DNA from: a virus
Virus record (IMG/VR): IMGVR_UViG_3300046170_000301
Length of the DNA: 64,000 bases
Strand: one strand, 5' to 3'
This document shows, in pieces, positions 8,246 through 18,457 of this stretch (position 1 is the stretch's first letter; each line of letters opens with the position of its first letter). Under the pieces are notes generated by a model. The model was not told the origin of the DNA, did no database searches, and worked only from the letters and a program-made list of their open reading frames with translations. The translations under genes were made by a program, and so were the position numbers.

Positions 8246-9951
8246 CGAGGCACACTGAAGTTCTTTATCTTTTCAAATCGTATAGTTTTATCAAACTTAT
8301 CAGACATACCCTCTTTATGTGAGATAACAAATACATTTGTATTAGTATCAAAGTTTTTTAGTATCCACCCAAGTTCGGTACTACCGTTAGCATCTAAAGA
8401 CCCATCAAATATTTCATCTAAAATGAGTAGGTTAGTATCCACGCTATTCTTAAGTTTAGCAACAGAACGCCAAGTAAGCAACAGAGCGATGTCAATACGA
8501 GCTTTCTCTCCCTCACTGAAAGATTCATAACTGAAGATATCTCTATGTCTTGATTTGATTGTTTCTTCAAAGTTTTCATTTAATGTAAAGTTTACATAAA
8601 AGTCCATGTTCTGTAGATAATCATTAATTAAAGTATTCATCACTGGCAAATACTTTTTAATGATTCTGGTTTTGATACCATTGTCTTTAAGAAGTTTAGA
8701 AGCAACAAATAAACAGTCACGTTCTTCTTTGACAACTGCCATATCTTTTTTCAATCTTTCTAACTCAGCATTCATCTCTTGAAGTTTTTCTTTCTCTTGA
8801 GATGAATTAGAGTTATTGTTCTGAAGTTCTTCTATCTCTTTCTGTAAAGCAGAAGATTCTTTTTGGTATCGTGAGATTTGAAACTGTTCGATTGATATCT
8901 CATTTAATATAGTTTTAATATCATTAGAGATTCTTACAAATTTTTTTTCTCTTGATTCTTCTTGATTTATTGTTTCATCAAGTTCCTCCATACCTTTACG
9001 AAGTTCTTTGATTGAACTCATGATTTCATCGACTTTAGCATCTCTTAGAGATTCTGTGATGTCCTGTGTGCAGGTTGGGCAAGTGGTATTCTTGACAAAA
9101 AACTGATGTTGATTTTTGTGGTTAGAAAACTTCTGTTGTATTTTTCCTTTGAGGTTTGTTAACTTTTTAATCTTCTCAGTAGCAGAAGAGTATTGTTCTA
9201 TTTCACTATTAAATTTTTGATGTTTTTCTAAAAGTCCGTAACGGATTTTATCTGATTCTGATTCTTGTTCCCACAACTCATTTAGTTTTACTTTCTTTTC
9301 TTTGATATCATTTTCAGTTCTGCTCTCGATATCTTTGATGAATGACTCCTGCATGTTTATCTTTTCAGCATACATATCCAATTGATAATCACGGTCTTTA
9401 ATATCATCATTAGCAAACTTTAACTTTTCCTTAAGATTTGAGTTCATCACAGAAAAGATTTGGATATCAAGAATGTCCTCAATAATTTCTCTACGTTGTG
9501 CTAACGGCAATCTCATGAATGGAACAAACGTAGATGAACCAAGAACCACAATCTGTGTAAATGATTTGTAATTCATCTTCAGAATATTCTGCTCAAGAAA
9601 CAGTTGGTATTCTGAAGTAGATGAGTTCTGGTCTAATAGTTCGTCATTCTGATAGATTTCAAATATTCCTGGTTTGATTCCACGTCTGATTAAAAAATTA
9701 TTCTTACCAATATCAAACTCAACTTCTGTTACACAATCTTTTTCGTTTATACTATTAACCAACATTGGTTTGTTGATTTTACGAAATGGTTTACCAAATA
9801 AACTAAACGTCAAAGCATCAAGCACTGTGCTTTTTCCTGCTCCATTAGCACCAATAATCAGATTTGTTTTATTTTCTGTTAGATTAATTTCTGTGAATAC
9901 GTTGCCAGTAGAAAGTAGATTACGCCATCGAATCTTGTTAAAGGTAATCAT
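8221..9951 (-). CDS. gp46: Recombination endonuclease ATPase subunit (SbcC/Rad50-like)
   Basis: GANGAGKST, CPTC zinc hook, FSEGEK signature, LILDEIFD, ISH. Confidence 0.97.
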   Translation of the reverse strand: MITFNKIRWRNLLSTGNVFTEINLTENKTNLIIGANGAGKSTVLDALTFSLFGKPFRKINKPMLVNSINEKDCVTEVEFDIGKNNFLIRRGIKPGIFEIYQNDELLDQNSSTSEYQLFLEQNILKMNYKSFTQIVVLGSSTFVPFMRLPLAQRREIIEDILDIQIFSVMNSNLKEKLKFANDDIKDRDYQLDMYAEKINMQESFIKDIESRTENDIKEKKVKLNELWEQESESDKIRYGLLEKHQKFNSEIEQYSSATEKIKKLTNLKGKIQQKFSNHKNQHQFFVKNTTCPTCTQDITESLRDAKVDEIMSSIKELRKGMEELDETINQEESREKKFVRISNDIKTILNEISIEQFQISRYQKESSALQKEIEELQNNNSNSSQEKEKLQEMNAELERLKKDMAVVKEERDCLFVASKLLKDNGIKTRIIKKYLPVMNTLINDYLQNMDFYVNFTLNENFEETIKSRHRDIFSYESFSEGEKARIDIALLLTWRSVAKLKNSVDTNLLILDEIFDGSLDANGSTELGWILKNFDTNTNVFVISHKEGMSDKFDKTIRFEKIKNFSVPRVALSEVD

Positions 9952-10208
9952 AAATCTTGGGGTGGAATAATTAGTTCATCTGTAGAGATTATAGCATACT
10001 TTTGCTCTTTCTCTTCACATATATTAATGATGTCTTCAGCATCTATTTCGACAAGTGCCAATTCTGGTATGTCTTTTATGTTAGTTGTCATCTCATGATA
10101 TCTCATAGCATCATCCTGTTCTTCAAAAATTGGAATTACTTGGTCTCCAAAATCGTCTCTTATACAAAAAACACCGCTAACTTCTTCTGCCAGAGTGAAA
10201 ATAAACAT
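9948..10208 (-). CDS. Conserved hypothetical protein between gp47 and gp46
   Basis: IFEEQDDAMRY...IISTDELIIPP; coupled junctions. Confidence 0.75.
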   Translation of the reverse strand: MFIFTLAEEVSGVFCIRDDFGDQVIPIFEEQDDAMRYHEMTTNIKDIPELALVEIDAEDIINICEEKEQKYAIISTDELIIPPQDL

Positions 10209-11254
10209 TACTTTGCTTCACAGCTTTCAATATATAGAGATTTCATAAGGTCTTTTAGAGATTTCTTATCTACGGTCATCTCTACTTCATCAATGTATTC
10301 ATTAAGCAAACTTAACGTATCCTTAATTTCGATATCATCATCGGTTTTTTTCCGATCTTCCTCCAAAAAATTTTCAATAATTTTTAAATCGTGAACTCCA
10401 GCATCATACAGTTGGTTAATTATTTTATCAAAAGCGTAGTAATCTGTTTTATTTTCTACGACAACCTTAACAAAAGTGTTTGAATACTCACTGGGATTGA
10501 TGCTGAAATTACTATCAGCATCATCATAATAAATTTTCTGGAAAATCGAGTACGGGTTTTTAACAAATTGTAACGTATTAGTAGACGGTTCATAGAGATG
10601 AAATCCTCGGGGATCTTTATAGTCGTTCCAAAACATCTCGTAAGGATTGCCGAGATAAGTGATATTACCACGACTTGATTTGTGGTGGAAGTGCCCCGAG
10701 AATACCTGTTTGAATTTAAAGAATACATCTGGATCCATACCTCCTTCGTGAAGCATACCAGGCGAAACCTCAAAACCATTTAGTTCAAGATGTCCCATTG
10801 CTATTTTAGCTCTGGTATTTTTAATGTGCTCCATTGTCTCATCATAGTTCTCATTGTTAATCCAAGGAAGCATCAAGATGAGTTCGTTATCAATCTTTAC
10901 AGTTTCTGGTTGAGCGTAAACATCGATGTTTGGATAATCTTTCAGCAATAAATCTGGAGCATTGATATCATTTGTGTTTTTATAGTATACACAATGGTTT
11001 CCAAGAATCATATGGACATGAACGCCCATATTAAAAAGGCGGTCGAAATAATAACGACGAACACGAGCCCAAACATTATAATCAATGTTCTTACGATTGT
11101 CAAAAGTATCTCCAAGGTCAATAACGGTTGATATCCCTCGTTCCTCAAGTGTCGGAAAAAATACATCATCGTAGAACTTCTTAAAATATTCCCAGAAAAT
11201 AATGCTACCTTTTCGTCCGTCCAAATGGCAATCTGTTATAAGTGCTACAGTCAT
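10208..11254 (-). CDS. gp47: Recombination endonuclease subunit (SbcD/Mre11-like)
   Basis: ITDCH, LGDTFD, GNH, GHFHH metallophosphoesterase motifs. Confidence 0.96.
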   Translation of the reverse strand: MTVALITDCHLDGRKGSIIFWEYFKKFYDDVFFPTLEERGISTVIDLGDTFDNRKNIDYNVWARVRRYYFDRLFNMGVHVHMILGNHCVYYKNTNDINAPDLLLKDYPNIDVYAQPETVKIDNELILMLPWINNENYDETMEHIKNTRAKIAMGHLELNGFEVSPGMLHEGGMDPDVFFKFKQVFSGHFHHKSSRGNITYLGNPYEMFWNDYKDPRGFHLYEPSTNTLQFVKNPYSIFQKIYYDDADSNFSINPSEYSNTFVKVVVENKTDYYAFDKIINQLYDAGVHDLKIIENFLEEDRKKTDDDIEIKDTLSLLNEYIDEVEMTVDKKSLKDLMKSLYIESCEAK

Positions 11255-11745
11255 CGATTCATTTTTGTTTCAAGGTTTTCTTTAATGCTTCCCATATCAG
11301 CATACGATTGATTCATACCAACCATATCAGAACCATAGTCATCTGTGTGCATGACCTCATCAAATCCAGAACGTTCAAGTATTTTCTGTTTAATATCTAG
11401 TTGCTTTTTCTCCTTTGAGATTCTACGAAGGAAAGCAAACCAAATAATCTGAGTGAAGTAAGCAAAAGGATTCTTTGATTTATCTGGATTGAAGTTATCA
11501 ATATACTGAACACAGTTTTCAATGCCATCACTAATCATATCCTCACGAAACATGTAGTTGACAAAGTTAGGCTTGAACGAAAGATGAGTAGCAATCTTCA
11601 GAAAACAGTCCCCAATGTAATTTGGGATACGGGGACGAGGAAGGTCTTTCTTCTTCGCTATCTCTACCTCATCCTTATAAGCAATAATCGCTGCTAAGAA
11701 ATCTTTGTTATTAACATAATACTCTTTGCTCTTCGTTCGTGCCAT
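11251..11745 (-). CDS. gp55: Late-transcription sigma factor
   Basis: YYVNNKDF...NFVNYMFREDMISDGIENC...NPFAYFTQI. Confidence 0.97.
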   Translation of the reverse strand: MARTKSKEYYVNNKDFLAAIIAYKDEVEIAKKKDLPRPRIPNYIGDCFLKIATHLSFKPNFVNYMFREDMISDGIENCVQYIDNFNPDKSKNPFAYFTQIIWFAFLRRISKEKKQLDIKQKILERSGFDEVMHTDDYGSDMVGMNQSYADMGSIKENLETKMNR

Positions 11746-11776
11746 AACACATTGTCTCTATATCGTAAGTGTCTGT

Positions 11777-11805
11777 ATTGTAACAAATATTTCAGGATTC
11801 GTCAA
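11777..11805 (-). promoter_or_regulatory. sigma70-type promoter for gp55, TTGACG-17-TACAAT
   Basis: cgtcaa 11800-11805, attgta 11777-11782. Confidence 0.7.
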
Positions 11806-11824
11806 GTGGAGGAGGGGGGGGGGG

Positions 11825-11853
11825 TTGACAAACCTCATAAAACCCAGTAGAAT
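11825..11853 (+). promoter_or_regulatory. Near-consensus sigma70 promoter TTGACA-17-TAGAAT firing antisense into the uvsW operon
   Basis: Direct reading; no plus-strand ORF follows. Confidence 0.7.
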
Positions 11854-11880
11854 AACTCTGTCAAGGGTTCAAGAGACATA

Positions 11881-12282
11881 TTAACTTTTATTAAATATAT
11901 CTTCAAGATATTTTTTAGTTTCCTTTACAGATCCTAAGTATCCCATTCTTCTACTGAATGACTTAGGATCTGTTTTACTTTGTTGAGGTATATTCAATTC
12001 ATTATTGATTGATTTAATATAATAACTCTCTACTCTTTTATCTAACTCTGTCATAGTAATTACTTGTTCCATTTTAATAATAAACATTTCATCATATGAA
12101 GAGTTAATCCAATCTTTTAAAATAAATCCATTTACTTTTTCTCCATGTCTTGATGTTTTAATTGTATTAACTACTTTTGGTTTATCCAGTAATAAACTAT
12201 TTTCTTCTGTTAAGTAACATACTTTAGCAATAATTTCTTCTCCAGAAATTAATTTTATTGTTGAATAAAACTCCTCTTCCAT
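11881..12282 (-). CDS. Conserved hypothetical protein (IKLISGEEIIAKV N-terminus)
   Basis: ORF; usual position between uvsW and gp55. Confidence 0.8.
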   Translation of the reverse strand: MEEEFYSTIKLISGEEIIAKVCYLTEENSLLLDKPKVVNTIKTSRHGEKVNGFILKDWINSSYDEMFIIKMEQVITMTELDKRVESYYIKSINNELNIPQQSKTDPKSFSRRMGYLGSVKETKKYLEDIFNKS

Positions 12283-12285
12283 AGT

Positions 12286-13752
12286 TTACTTCCTTAAATC
12301 TATTTTTATTGTTTCATGTTTAAAGTTCTCTTCTTGATAAATTTTTATTCTTTCGTATAGATGTCTTAATGTATAATTTAATCTATTATCAGTAGAGATA
12401 TCATCAGCAATATCATAAAGAGTTGCTATATTTTTACCTTCTCCTTTTCTTAAAACTCTACCTATAGATTGTAGATTCCTTACTCTTGATTTTGATGGAG
12501 AAGCAAAGATAATGTTATGTAATTTTTTAATATTAATTCCAGTACTAAATGTTCCATAAGAAGCAATAATTACAGCATTATTTTCATTCTCAATAATACT
12601 TCTTACTTCTTCTCTTTCGTCTACATCTACAGAACCATGAACAAAAAATACTTTTCTCTCTTCACCTATGTCATTATTTATTAACTCATACAAAGGTTTG
12701 CCATGCTTTTCAACATAGTTAAACAACACAAGAGTATTACCATCAATGTCTTTTACAAGATTTTTTATTAAATTATTTCTTTTTTTATTTTGAACAATAT
12801 AATCTATTTCTGAATGATAATTTTCAAAATATTCGTAGTTATGTTTACCCAGAAGAATCTTAATTCTAAAATTTGATAGATAACCTTTTTTAATAAGGTC
12901 ATCTGTTTTAGTTACTTTTTCACAAGACCCAAATAAACCTTCAAGAACCCACTTATGAGTTTTACATCCATCAAGAGTTCCAGTAAAACCAAAACGATAC
13001 TTAGCATTATGAAGTTTAGTCATAATACCTGTTAATGATTTGGATTTAAATAGGTGTGCTTCATCACCGATAACACAGTCAATATCATCAAAGTATCTTT
13101 TTGGGAACTTGTAGATTGATTGCCAGGTTGAGATAATAACTGGTTTGTCTGTATTTTTATCTTTGCCCGAATATATGGTATGACAGTGCTGGTCGGAATC
13201 CCATCCATAATCTTTAAAATCTTTTAGCATTTGTTCAACAAGAGAAGTTGTAGGAACAATAATCAATATTTTATTTTTTGTAGCAACGTAGTATCTGACC
13301 AATGAATAAATCATTAGTGATTTACCAGACCCAGTTGGTGAGACAAATAAACCTCTATTATTTTTTAATGCTGTATATACAGTATTGTATTGATAATCTC
13401 TTGGTTGGTATTTACAAATATTATCCATGTAAACTTTTACACCACCAAGAGAAACCATTTGGTTCATCTCTTCTGGCATACCATACCAGTCATTGTTTTC
13501 ATACTCTAAAGAGTATCGTCTTTCCTGACACCACAACTTAAGATGATTAATTAGTCCTCCATATATTTCTCCAGTTCCTGGAGAATATAATCTAATAGAA
13601 CCATCCCAATACTTATAACGAGGATTTCTTTTTAAAAACTTTGCTTCTGGAACTTCAAAAGTAAAATAATCTGATAACTCATAATGGACATGAGGTTCAG
13701 CGTAAATTTTACAATAAACCTCATTCTTCTTTGATACAACAACCCGAGACAT
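12286..13752 (-). CDS. uvsW: SF2 RNA-DNA/DNA helicase UvsW
   Basis: SPTGSGKS, DEAH, FTGT, QSIGRVLR. Confidence 0.96.
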   Translation of the reverse strand: MSRVVVSKKNEVYCKIYAEPHVHYELSDYFTFEVPEAKFLKRNPRYKYWDGSIRLYSPGTGEIYGGLINHLKLWCQERRYSLEYENNDWYGMPEEMNQMVSLGGVKVYMDNICKYQPRDYQYNTVYTALKNNRGLFVSPTGSGKSLMIYSLVRYYVATKNKILIIVPTTSLVEQMLKDFKDYGWDSDQHCHTIYSGKDKNTDKPVIISTWQSIYKFPKRYFDDIDCVIGDEAHLFKSKSLTGIMTKLHNAKYRFGFTGTLDGCKTHKWVLEGLFGSCEKVTKTDDLIKKGYLSNFRIKILLGKHNYEYFENYHSEIDYIVQNKKRNNLIKNLVKDIDGNTLVLFNYVEKHGKPLYELINNDIGEERKVFFVHGSVDVDEREEVRSIIENENNAVIIASYGTFSTGINIKKLHNIIFASPSKSRVRNLQSIGRVLRKGEGKNIATLYDIADDISTDNRLNYTLRHLYERIKIYQEENFKHETIKIDLRK

Positions 13753-14228
13753 TAGACACTCCCATTAATAAACCGTTCCCACTCTATAGCGTTTCTTAAA
13801 TGATAATTTCTTTGAGAAATCATCTTCAATACGTGCTCAAGAAAATTTAATATTTGATTAACGTATTGAACTTTTGCTTCTAAATTAATGATGTCATCAT
13901 CTGATTCCAGATGAACTTTCATCATGTCATTTGTTTTTATTTTTTTACCAAAAGGTTTTTTGGCATACACTTCTCCAGGAGCTTCTCCAGCATAGTATTC
14001 TCTTTTTTCCCTTACCAGTTTTCTTAATTCAAATTCAAAAGATGTCTTGATTTGACTAATGTCTGTGTAATGGTTTAAATATTTATTGTGTTGAAACGGG
14101 ATGTCTAAAGAGATTTGAGCAAGGTCTGCTGTGTATTGTTTGTTTCTAAACTCAAAATCTATTTTAGAATCTTCGTCCCATTGGTTTCTTATTTTTGTAA
14201 ATAATAAACGAAGGTCTTCAAATTTCAT
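13752..14228 (-). CDS. uvsY: Recombination mediator UvsY
   Basis: W.EDSKID...IP.QHNKY...KREYYAG...NAIEWERF. Confidence 0.9.
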   Translation of the reverse strand: MKFEDLRLLFTKIRNQWDEDSKIDFEFRNKQYTADLAQISLDIPFQHNKYLNHYTDISQIKTSFEFELRKLVREKREYYAGEAPGEVYAKKPFGKKIKTNDMMKVHLESDDDIINLEAKVQYVNQILNFLEHVLKMISQRNYHLRNAIEWERFINGSV

Positions 14229-14734
14229 TCTTTAAAATTTTTATCACGAAACGTATACTTAGTATACTTGAAAACAACCTGTGCTGTAAAGTATTCTGGG
14301 TCTTCCACACCAGCGTCAAACTCTAGTGGTGTCAAAGAAATTGGAAAAATTCTTTCGTAATCAATGATGTGATTTGTATTAAAGTTTGAAGTTAAAATAT
14401 GTAATTGAGCATTTGAATATTGTTCTTCTACATCAGAATGCTCGTTTGCTACACCATTTTTTGTTATCCAATCATGAATAGATTTGTAGTTAATTAACTC
14501 TTCATCTACAAGAAAGGTTAGTGAAAGGTCATCATAAGAAACCCCACCACCAGGAATAATTGGATAGTTACGAAATCTTGTTGGAACTTCTGTTGATGGC
14601 ATATCAATGCCAGGAAGATTTGCTCTTTGACAAAAGAAATCTACACCACGAAAAAGTTCCAGTTCCAATTTAAACCCAACAGGAGTCAACAAGTTTCTAT
14701 TACTAAGTTGCTCTTTATACCATTCAGCAGTCAT
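14225..14734 (-). CDS. gp3: Tail tube terminator / tail completion protein
   Basis: NRNLLTPVGFK...FFCQRANLPG...FLVDEELINYKSIHDW; position after gp23. Confidence 0.88.
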   Translation of the reverse strand: MTAEWYKEQLSNRNLLTPVGFKLELELFRGVDFFCQRANLPGIDMPSTEVPTRFRNYPIIPGGGVSYDDLSLTFLVDEELINYKSIHDWITKNGVANEHSDVEEQYSNAQLHILTSNFNTNHIIDYERIFPISLTPLEFDAGVEDPEYFTAQVVFKYTKYTFRDKNFKE

Positions 14735-14748
14735 GTCAACTTCCCAAG

Positions 14749-14886
14749 CTACTGGTATTTATCTTCCCCATACCAGAAGTCTTCCCAGTCCTCTTCACTA
14801 TCACTTTCATAAATTGGGCATGGCTCTTCAAACAACAATCTCATCTTGAGTTCCGTAACTCGCTCGTATAAGACGCTTAAATCCAT
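14749..14886 (-). CDS. Small acidic hypothetical protein, 45 aa (MDLSVLYERVTELKMRLLFEEPCPIYE...)
   Basis: Hand-translated open frame between the gp23 terminator and gp3. Confidence 0.6.
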   Translation of the reverse strand: MDLSVLYERVTELKMRLLFEEPCPIYESDSEEDWEDFWYGEDKYQ

Positions 14887-14916
14887 TTTAATCTCAATAT
14901 ACCTAAAACTATATAG

Positions 14917-14944
14917 ACAAAAAAAGACCCCCTTGTAGGGGGTC
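14917..14944 (-). terminator. Terminator after gp23
   Basis: GACCCCCT-AC-AAGGGGGTC hairpin followed by U-tract. Confidence 0.85.
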
Positions 14945-14967
14945 CTAGACGCCTTAGAGGAGGTTGC

Positions 14968-16389
14968 TCACATAAGGTTGAGAACCTGGACTCTTCTGTA
15001 GTACATATTTGTTCCAGGAGTGAGGGTCTCATTATCTGGAGTTCCGCTGTAAAGACCGTTCGTTGTTACGAATGGGTTTGAAACCATGCCGTAGCGAGTC
15101 TTGAAACCAATCTTAGGTTGGAAGGTCTCAGGGTCGATAGAACGGAGCATCTGGAGAGGAACATATGGGCAGTAGAATACACCTGCGTCATATGGGGAAG
15201 TTCCCTTATAACCAGCAACATAATAGTGCTTGTCAGAAACGTTAGCAGAATATGGGTCAACGAAAACACGAATGCGACCGTTGATAGTTCCAACTGCTAG
15301 ATTTCCAGTGTCATCAACCTGACCGATTGAAGGACCACCAGCACCAGTTAGACCCGAAGAGTAATCAAGAACACCAGCCATCGCTAGAGCTGAAGCAACG
15401 TCAGCTGAGCAGATTAGGAAGTTGCCCTTTCCTCTACGAGTGTCTTGAGCAATGGCGTTACAGTCACGCTCAACTTGGAAGAGAAGACCTTTGAACTTCT
15501 CAACAGACCAACGACCGTTAGAGTCGATATCAAGGTCGAAGATGCCAGGATTAGCGACATTGTTCCGAGCACCAGGCTTAGCAATGGTGTATACTCTACG
15601 AACAACCTCACGGTTAATCTCAGCAAGAATCTCGCTTGAGAGAATATTTGCTAGCTCTTGCTCAGCATCAAGACCATGAATCGCCTTGAGGTCTTGAGCG
15701 AGTTCCAACGTGTACTCAGCACGTAGGGCTCTTGACTTAGCGGTTACCGAGGTCTTCTCGATGCTGAATGACATCTCACGGAAGAGATTGCCAGCTTCAC
15801 CCATCTTCTCAAGAGTCTCTCTGCTGGAACCTCTAGCAACCTCATAGGTTCCTTGAGGACTATCGTTAAGAAGAGCAGGGTTGTTGCCTTCTGAATCTCC
15901 ACCTACGCCAGCTCCAGTACGTGGGGTGTAATCACCGAGAGTATTAGAGCTACCAGCAGAGAATCCAGTATCAGGCTCGTTGAAGAGTGCCTCTTCGCCT
16001 TGCTGATCATCGTAGCGTGAACGCATAGCAAAGATAAGTCCATTAGGACCACTCATTGGCTGAACGCCACAAATGTCGTAAGCCATGAGGTTAGGCATGG
16101 AACGACGAACAAGGCTGATTAGAATTGGATCGAAACCAGCGAGTCCTGAAGCGTTGTTAGCAGCAGACGAAAGTGGAGCGCCTGAAGAACCAGCAAGTCC
16201 ACCAGAACCAGAAAGGCTGTTGATGGGTGTGGTCTCGTTAAGAATTGCTCTTTCTTCACGAAGAGCTTTTTCTTGGTTTTCCAAGAGAACAGCGGTTACA
16301 GCCTGTCTATACTTATCCTGAATCTCAGGAGCTTCTGAATGAGATAGAACAGGGGACCACTTCTCTTGGAGATGCTTAGCATTAAACAT
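14968..16389 (-). CDS. gp23: Major capsid protein
   Basis: GFDPILISLVRRSMPNL...VQPMSGP...ELAQDLKAIHGLDAEQEL...FKTRYG. Confidence 0.99.
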   Translation of the reverse strand: MFNAKHLQEKWSPVLSHSEAPEIQDKYRQAVTAVLLENQEKALREERAILNETTPINSLSGSGGLAGSSGAPLSSAANNASGLAGFDPILISLVRRSMPNLMAYDICGVQPMSGPNGLIFAMRSRYDDQQGEEALFNEPDTGFSAGSSNTLGDYTPRTGAGVGGDSEGNNPALLNDSPQGTYEVARGSSRETLEKMGEAGNLFREMSFSIEKTSVTAKSRALRAEYTLELAQDLKAIHGLDAEQELANILSSEILAEINREVVRRVYTIAKPGARNNVANPGIFDLDIDSNGRWSVEKFKGLLFQVERDCNAIAQDTRRGKGNFLICSADVASALAMAGVLDYSSGLTGAGGPSIGQVDDTGNLAVGTINGRIRVFVDPYSANVSDKHYYVAGYKGTSPYDAGVFYCPYVPLQMLRSIDPETFQPKIGFKTRYGMVSNPFVTTNGLYSGTPDNETLTPGTNMYYRRVQVLNLM

Positions 16390-16426
16390 TTGTATCTCCT
16401 TTAAAGAAAAGTTAAGGTATTGTTAA

Positions 16427-16433
16427 TATTTAT
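16427..16433 (-). promoter_or_regulatory. T4-type late promoter core ATAAATA (gp23); also seen at 14756, 17620, 18478, 20174, 22853, 25851, 28819, 29054, 42973, 55618
   Basis: TATTTAT on + strand just upstream of late genes; matches gp55 -10 consensus TATAAATA. Confidence 0.75.
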
Positions 16434-16438
16434 GTGAT

Positions 16439-17581
16439 TCACTTCCAGCGTGAAATAGCATTAAGATAAGCTGCCATTGCTGGCGACATCTCTTGGTCTT
16501 CTACTGGAGTTTCATCACTTACTTCATTTTTGGTTACAGAACTTGGGAAGTATGACTCTCTTAGAGTCTTGACTTTTTCAGCAAATTTCTCTGCTGATTC
16601 AAATTCAACTCCCTCAGCTAACGAAGCAAGTTTGTCCTTTTGAGTGTCAGCAAGTCCTTCTGAAATTTGATTCAGAATAACTTCTTTGCTGCTCTCATTA
16701 AGACGAGAATTTAATTCAACGTTACGCTCAATTTGCTCATTGAGGCGTGCTTCCATCTCACAAAGTTGTTCAGACATTTCTTCGACAATATCTGTTTTCT
16801 CTTCTGGAATATTAATCCAGTGCTCTTTACAGAGACTCATGAAACCAGCAATGAAATCTTCAGTGATTTCATTTCTGATTGAACGGTCAACGCTTACTTG
16901 ATTGTCTTCTACCCACTTGTTAACAACATAGTTGATAGTGCCATTGACTTCTTCGGAAATCTCTTTTTTCATTTCTTCGATTTCCTTTTGAAGACGCTCT
17001 TCAAACTGCTCTTGGAGCTTAACAGCTTCTTCGTTAAGTTTTGACTTAACAGCGGCTTCAAAGATTGTCTTCGCTTTTTCTTTAAACTCTTCTGAAAGGT
17101 CTTCGCCTTCAGTAAGAGCAGCAACATCCGAAGAAAGGTCAAGTTCTTCGTATGAAGGCTTAATTGGATAAGTTACATCTGGACCTTCAGAAGTTCCATA
17201 AGCAACTTGAGAACCAATAGTTGGGGTAGCATTCATGCCAGTTGATTCTCCTGCTCTTTGTTGCGGATCACCAGAAACTGGTGTAACTGGAGCAGCAGCT
17301 TTAGCACCAGGATTATCCTCACCTTCATCGTTACCATCTGGTCTAGGACCACCGAGGTCAGTCCCTTGAGTTTGTTGGTAAGGAGCGACAGCTTGAGTAG
17401 TAACTTTAGGTTGGGGATCTTGGGAACCACCTCTGGTTTGGGCATCATTAACCTTGCCAGGAGCAGAACCTTGACCACCAGGAATTACAGCAGCAGTAAC
17501 TGTAGGCATTGGATCACCTTCTACGACTAATTTGCTTTCAGTTACAAACTCCTCAAACTTTTCGTTAAGCATATCTGACAT
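16439..17581 (-). CDS. gp22: Prohead core scaffold protein
   Basis: LSEEFKEKAKTIFEAAV...KVKTLRESYF; between gp21 and gp23. Confidence 0.93.
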   Translation of the reverse strand: MSDMLNEKFEEFVTESKLVVEGDPMPTVTAAVIPGGQGSAPGKVNDAQTRGGSQDPQPKVTTQAVAPYQQTQGTDLGGPRPDGNDEGEDNPGAKAAAPVTPVSGDPQQRAGESTGMNATPTIGSQVAYGTSEGPDVTYPIKPSYEELDLSSDVAALTEGEDLSEEFKEKAKTIFEAAVKSKLNEEAVKLQEQFEERLQKEIEEMKKEISEEVNGTINYVVNKWVEDNQVSVDRSIRNEITEDFIAGFMSLCKEHWINIPEEKTDIVEEMSEQLCEMEARLNEQIERNVELNSRLNESSKEVILNQISEGLADTQKDKLASLAEGVEFESAEKFAEKVKTLRESYFPSSVTKNEVSDETPVEDQEMSPAMAAYLNAISRWK

Positions 17582-17630
17582 TTGAGTTTCCCCGTGTTTC
17601 TGATAATTATTTCTATGATTATTTATTAAA

Positions 17631-18275
17631 TTAAAGATTTGAGAGAAATGACTTAAACACTTCTAACTTTCTTTCTTCCAATGCTATTTTTGTGGAGTTA
17701 TCAATATATCTTTTTGCGTATTCAATATGACACTCTTTCAAAATACCATTTTCCCAAACCCACTCTTTACCTTCCATAATGCCATTTACAAAGGCATCTG
17801 GAGCAGAAGGGTCAGCGACAATATCTGCCGCTGTGGAAAGCATGAAGTCATCTCTAACATACTTAGCACCTTCACGCTCTTCAAGTGAACCCATTCCTCT
17901 GGAAGAAACTCCAAGTTGAACACCTTCTTCTAAAAGTGACTTGGCAATTTTCCCCATCGGAGTATCAAGAACTCTTGCTTTACCCATGAAATTATTTCCA
18001 TCGGCGTAAAGTTCTGTGATTTTATGTGACACTCTATCGAGATTTACGGAAGGTCCATCTGGGTGGCCGAGTTCACCAAGAGCACGACCACTCTTTACAT
18101 ATTGCTCTACGTATCTTTCTACTTCACGGTTTAAAACACCGAATGGATAGATTCTTCCATTTCTGTTTTTTGTTTCCGATTGTAAAAAGATACCTTCGAT
18201 ATAGAGATTCTTCTTACCTCCTTTTTCTTCTACAAGAACTTTAACGTTCTCGATATTTTCTGTGATTAATTTCAT
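17631..18275 (-). CDS. gp21: Prohead protease
   Basis: GELGHP, LDRVSH, GVSSRGMGS, DIVADPSAPDAFV. Confidence 0.97.
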   Translation of the reverse strand: MKLITENIENVKVLVEEKGGKKNLYIEGIFLQSETKNRNGRIYPFGVLNREVERYVEQYVKSGRALGELGHPDGPSVNLDRVSHKITELYADGNNFMGKARVLDTPMGKIAKSLLEEGVQLGVSSRGMGSLEEREGAKYVRDDFMLSTAADIVADPSAPDAFVNGIMEGKEWVWENGILKECHIEYAKRYIDNSTKIALEERKLEVFKSFLSNL

Positions 18276-18457
18276 TCTTCTGATTGTTGACTTACTGGTT
18301 CGTCAAAAAAAGTAGAAGCAACTACTTTTTTATAATCATCTAATGTTTTTGCTGCTTGTGAATAAAGCATATCATCAATGATATCAATCGCTTCCGCTCT
18401 TTTTTTGTCGTAAAGCAAGTTAACAACATCTAGAGCTTCGGGTTCTTTTTTATCCAT
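18272..18457 (-). CDS. Small prohead core protein (gp67/68 position)
   Basis: Position between gp20 and gp21, late promoter upstream. Confidence 0.65.
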   Translation of the reverse strand: MDKKEPEALDVVNLLYDKKRAEAIDIIDDMLYSQAAKTLDDYKKVVASTFFDEPVSQQSEE

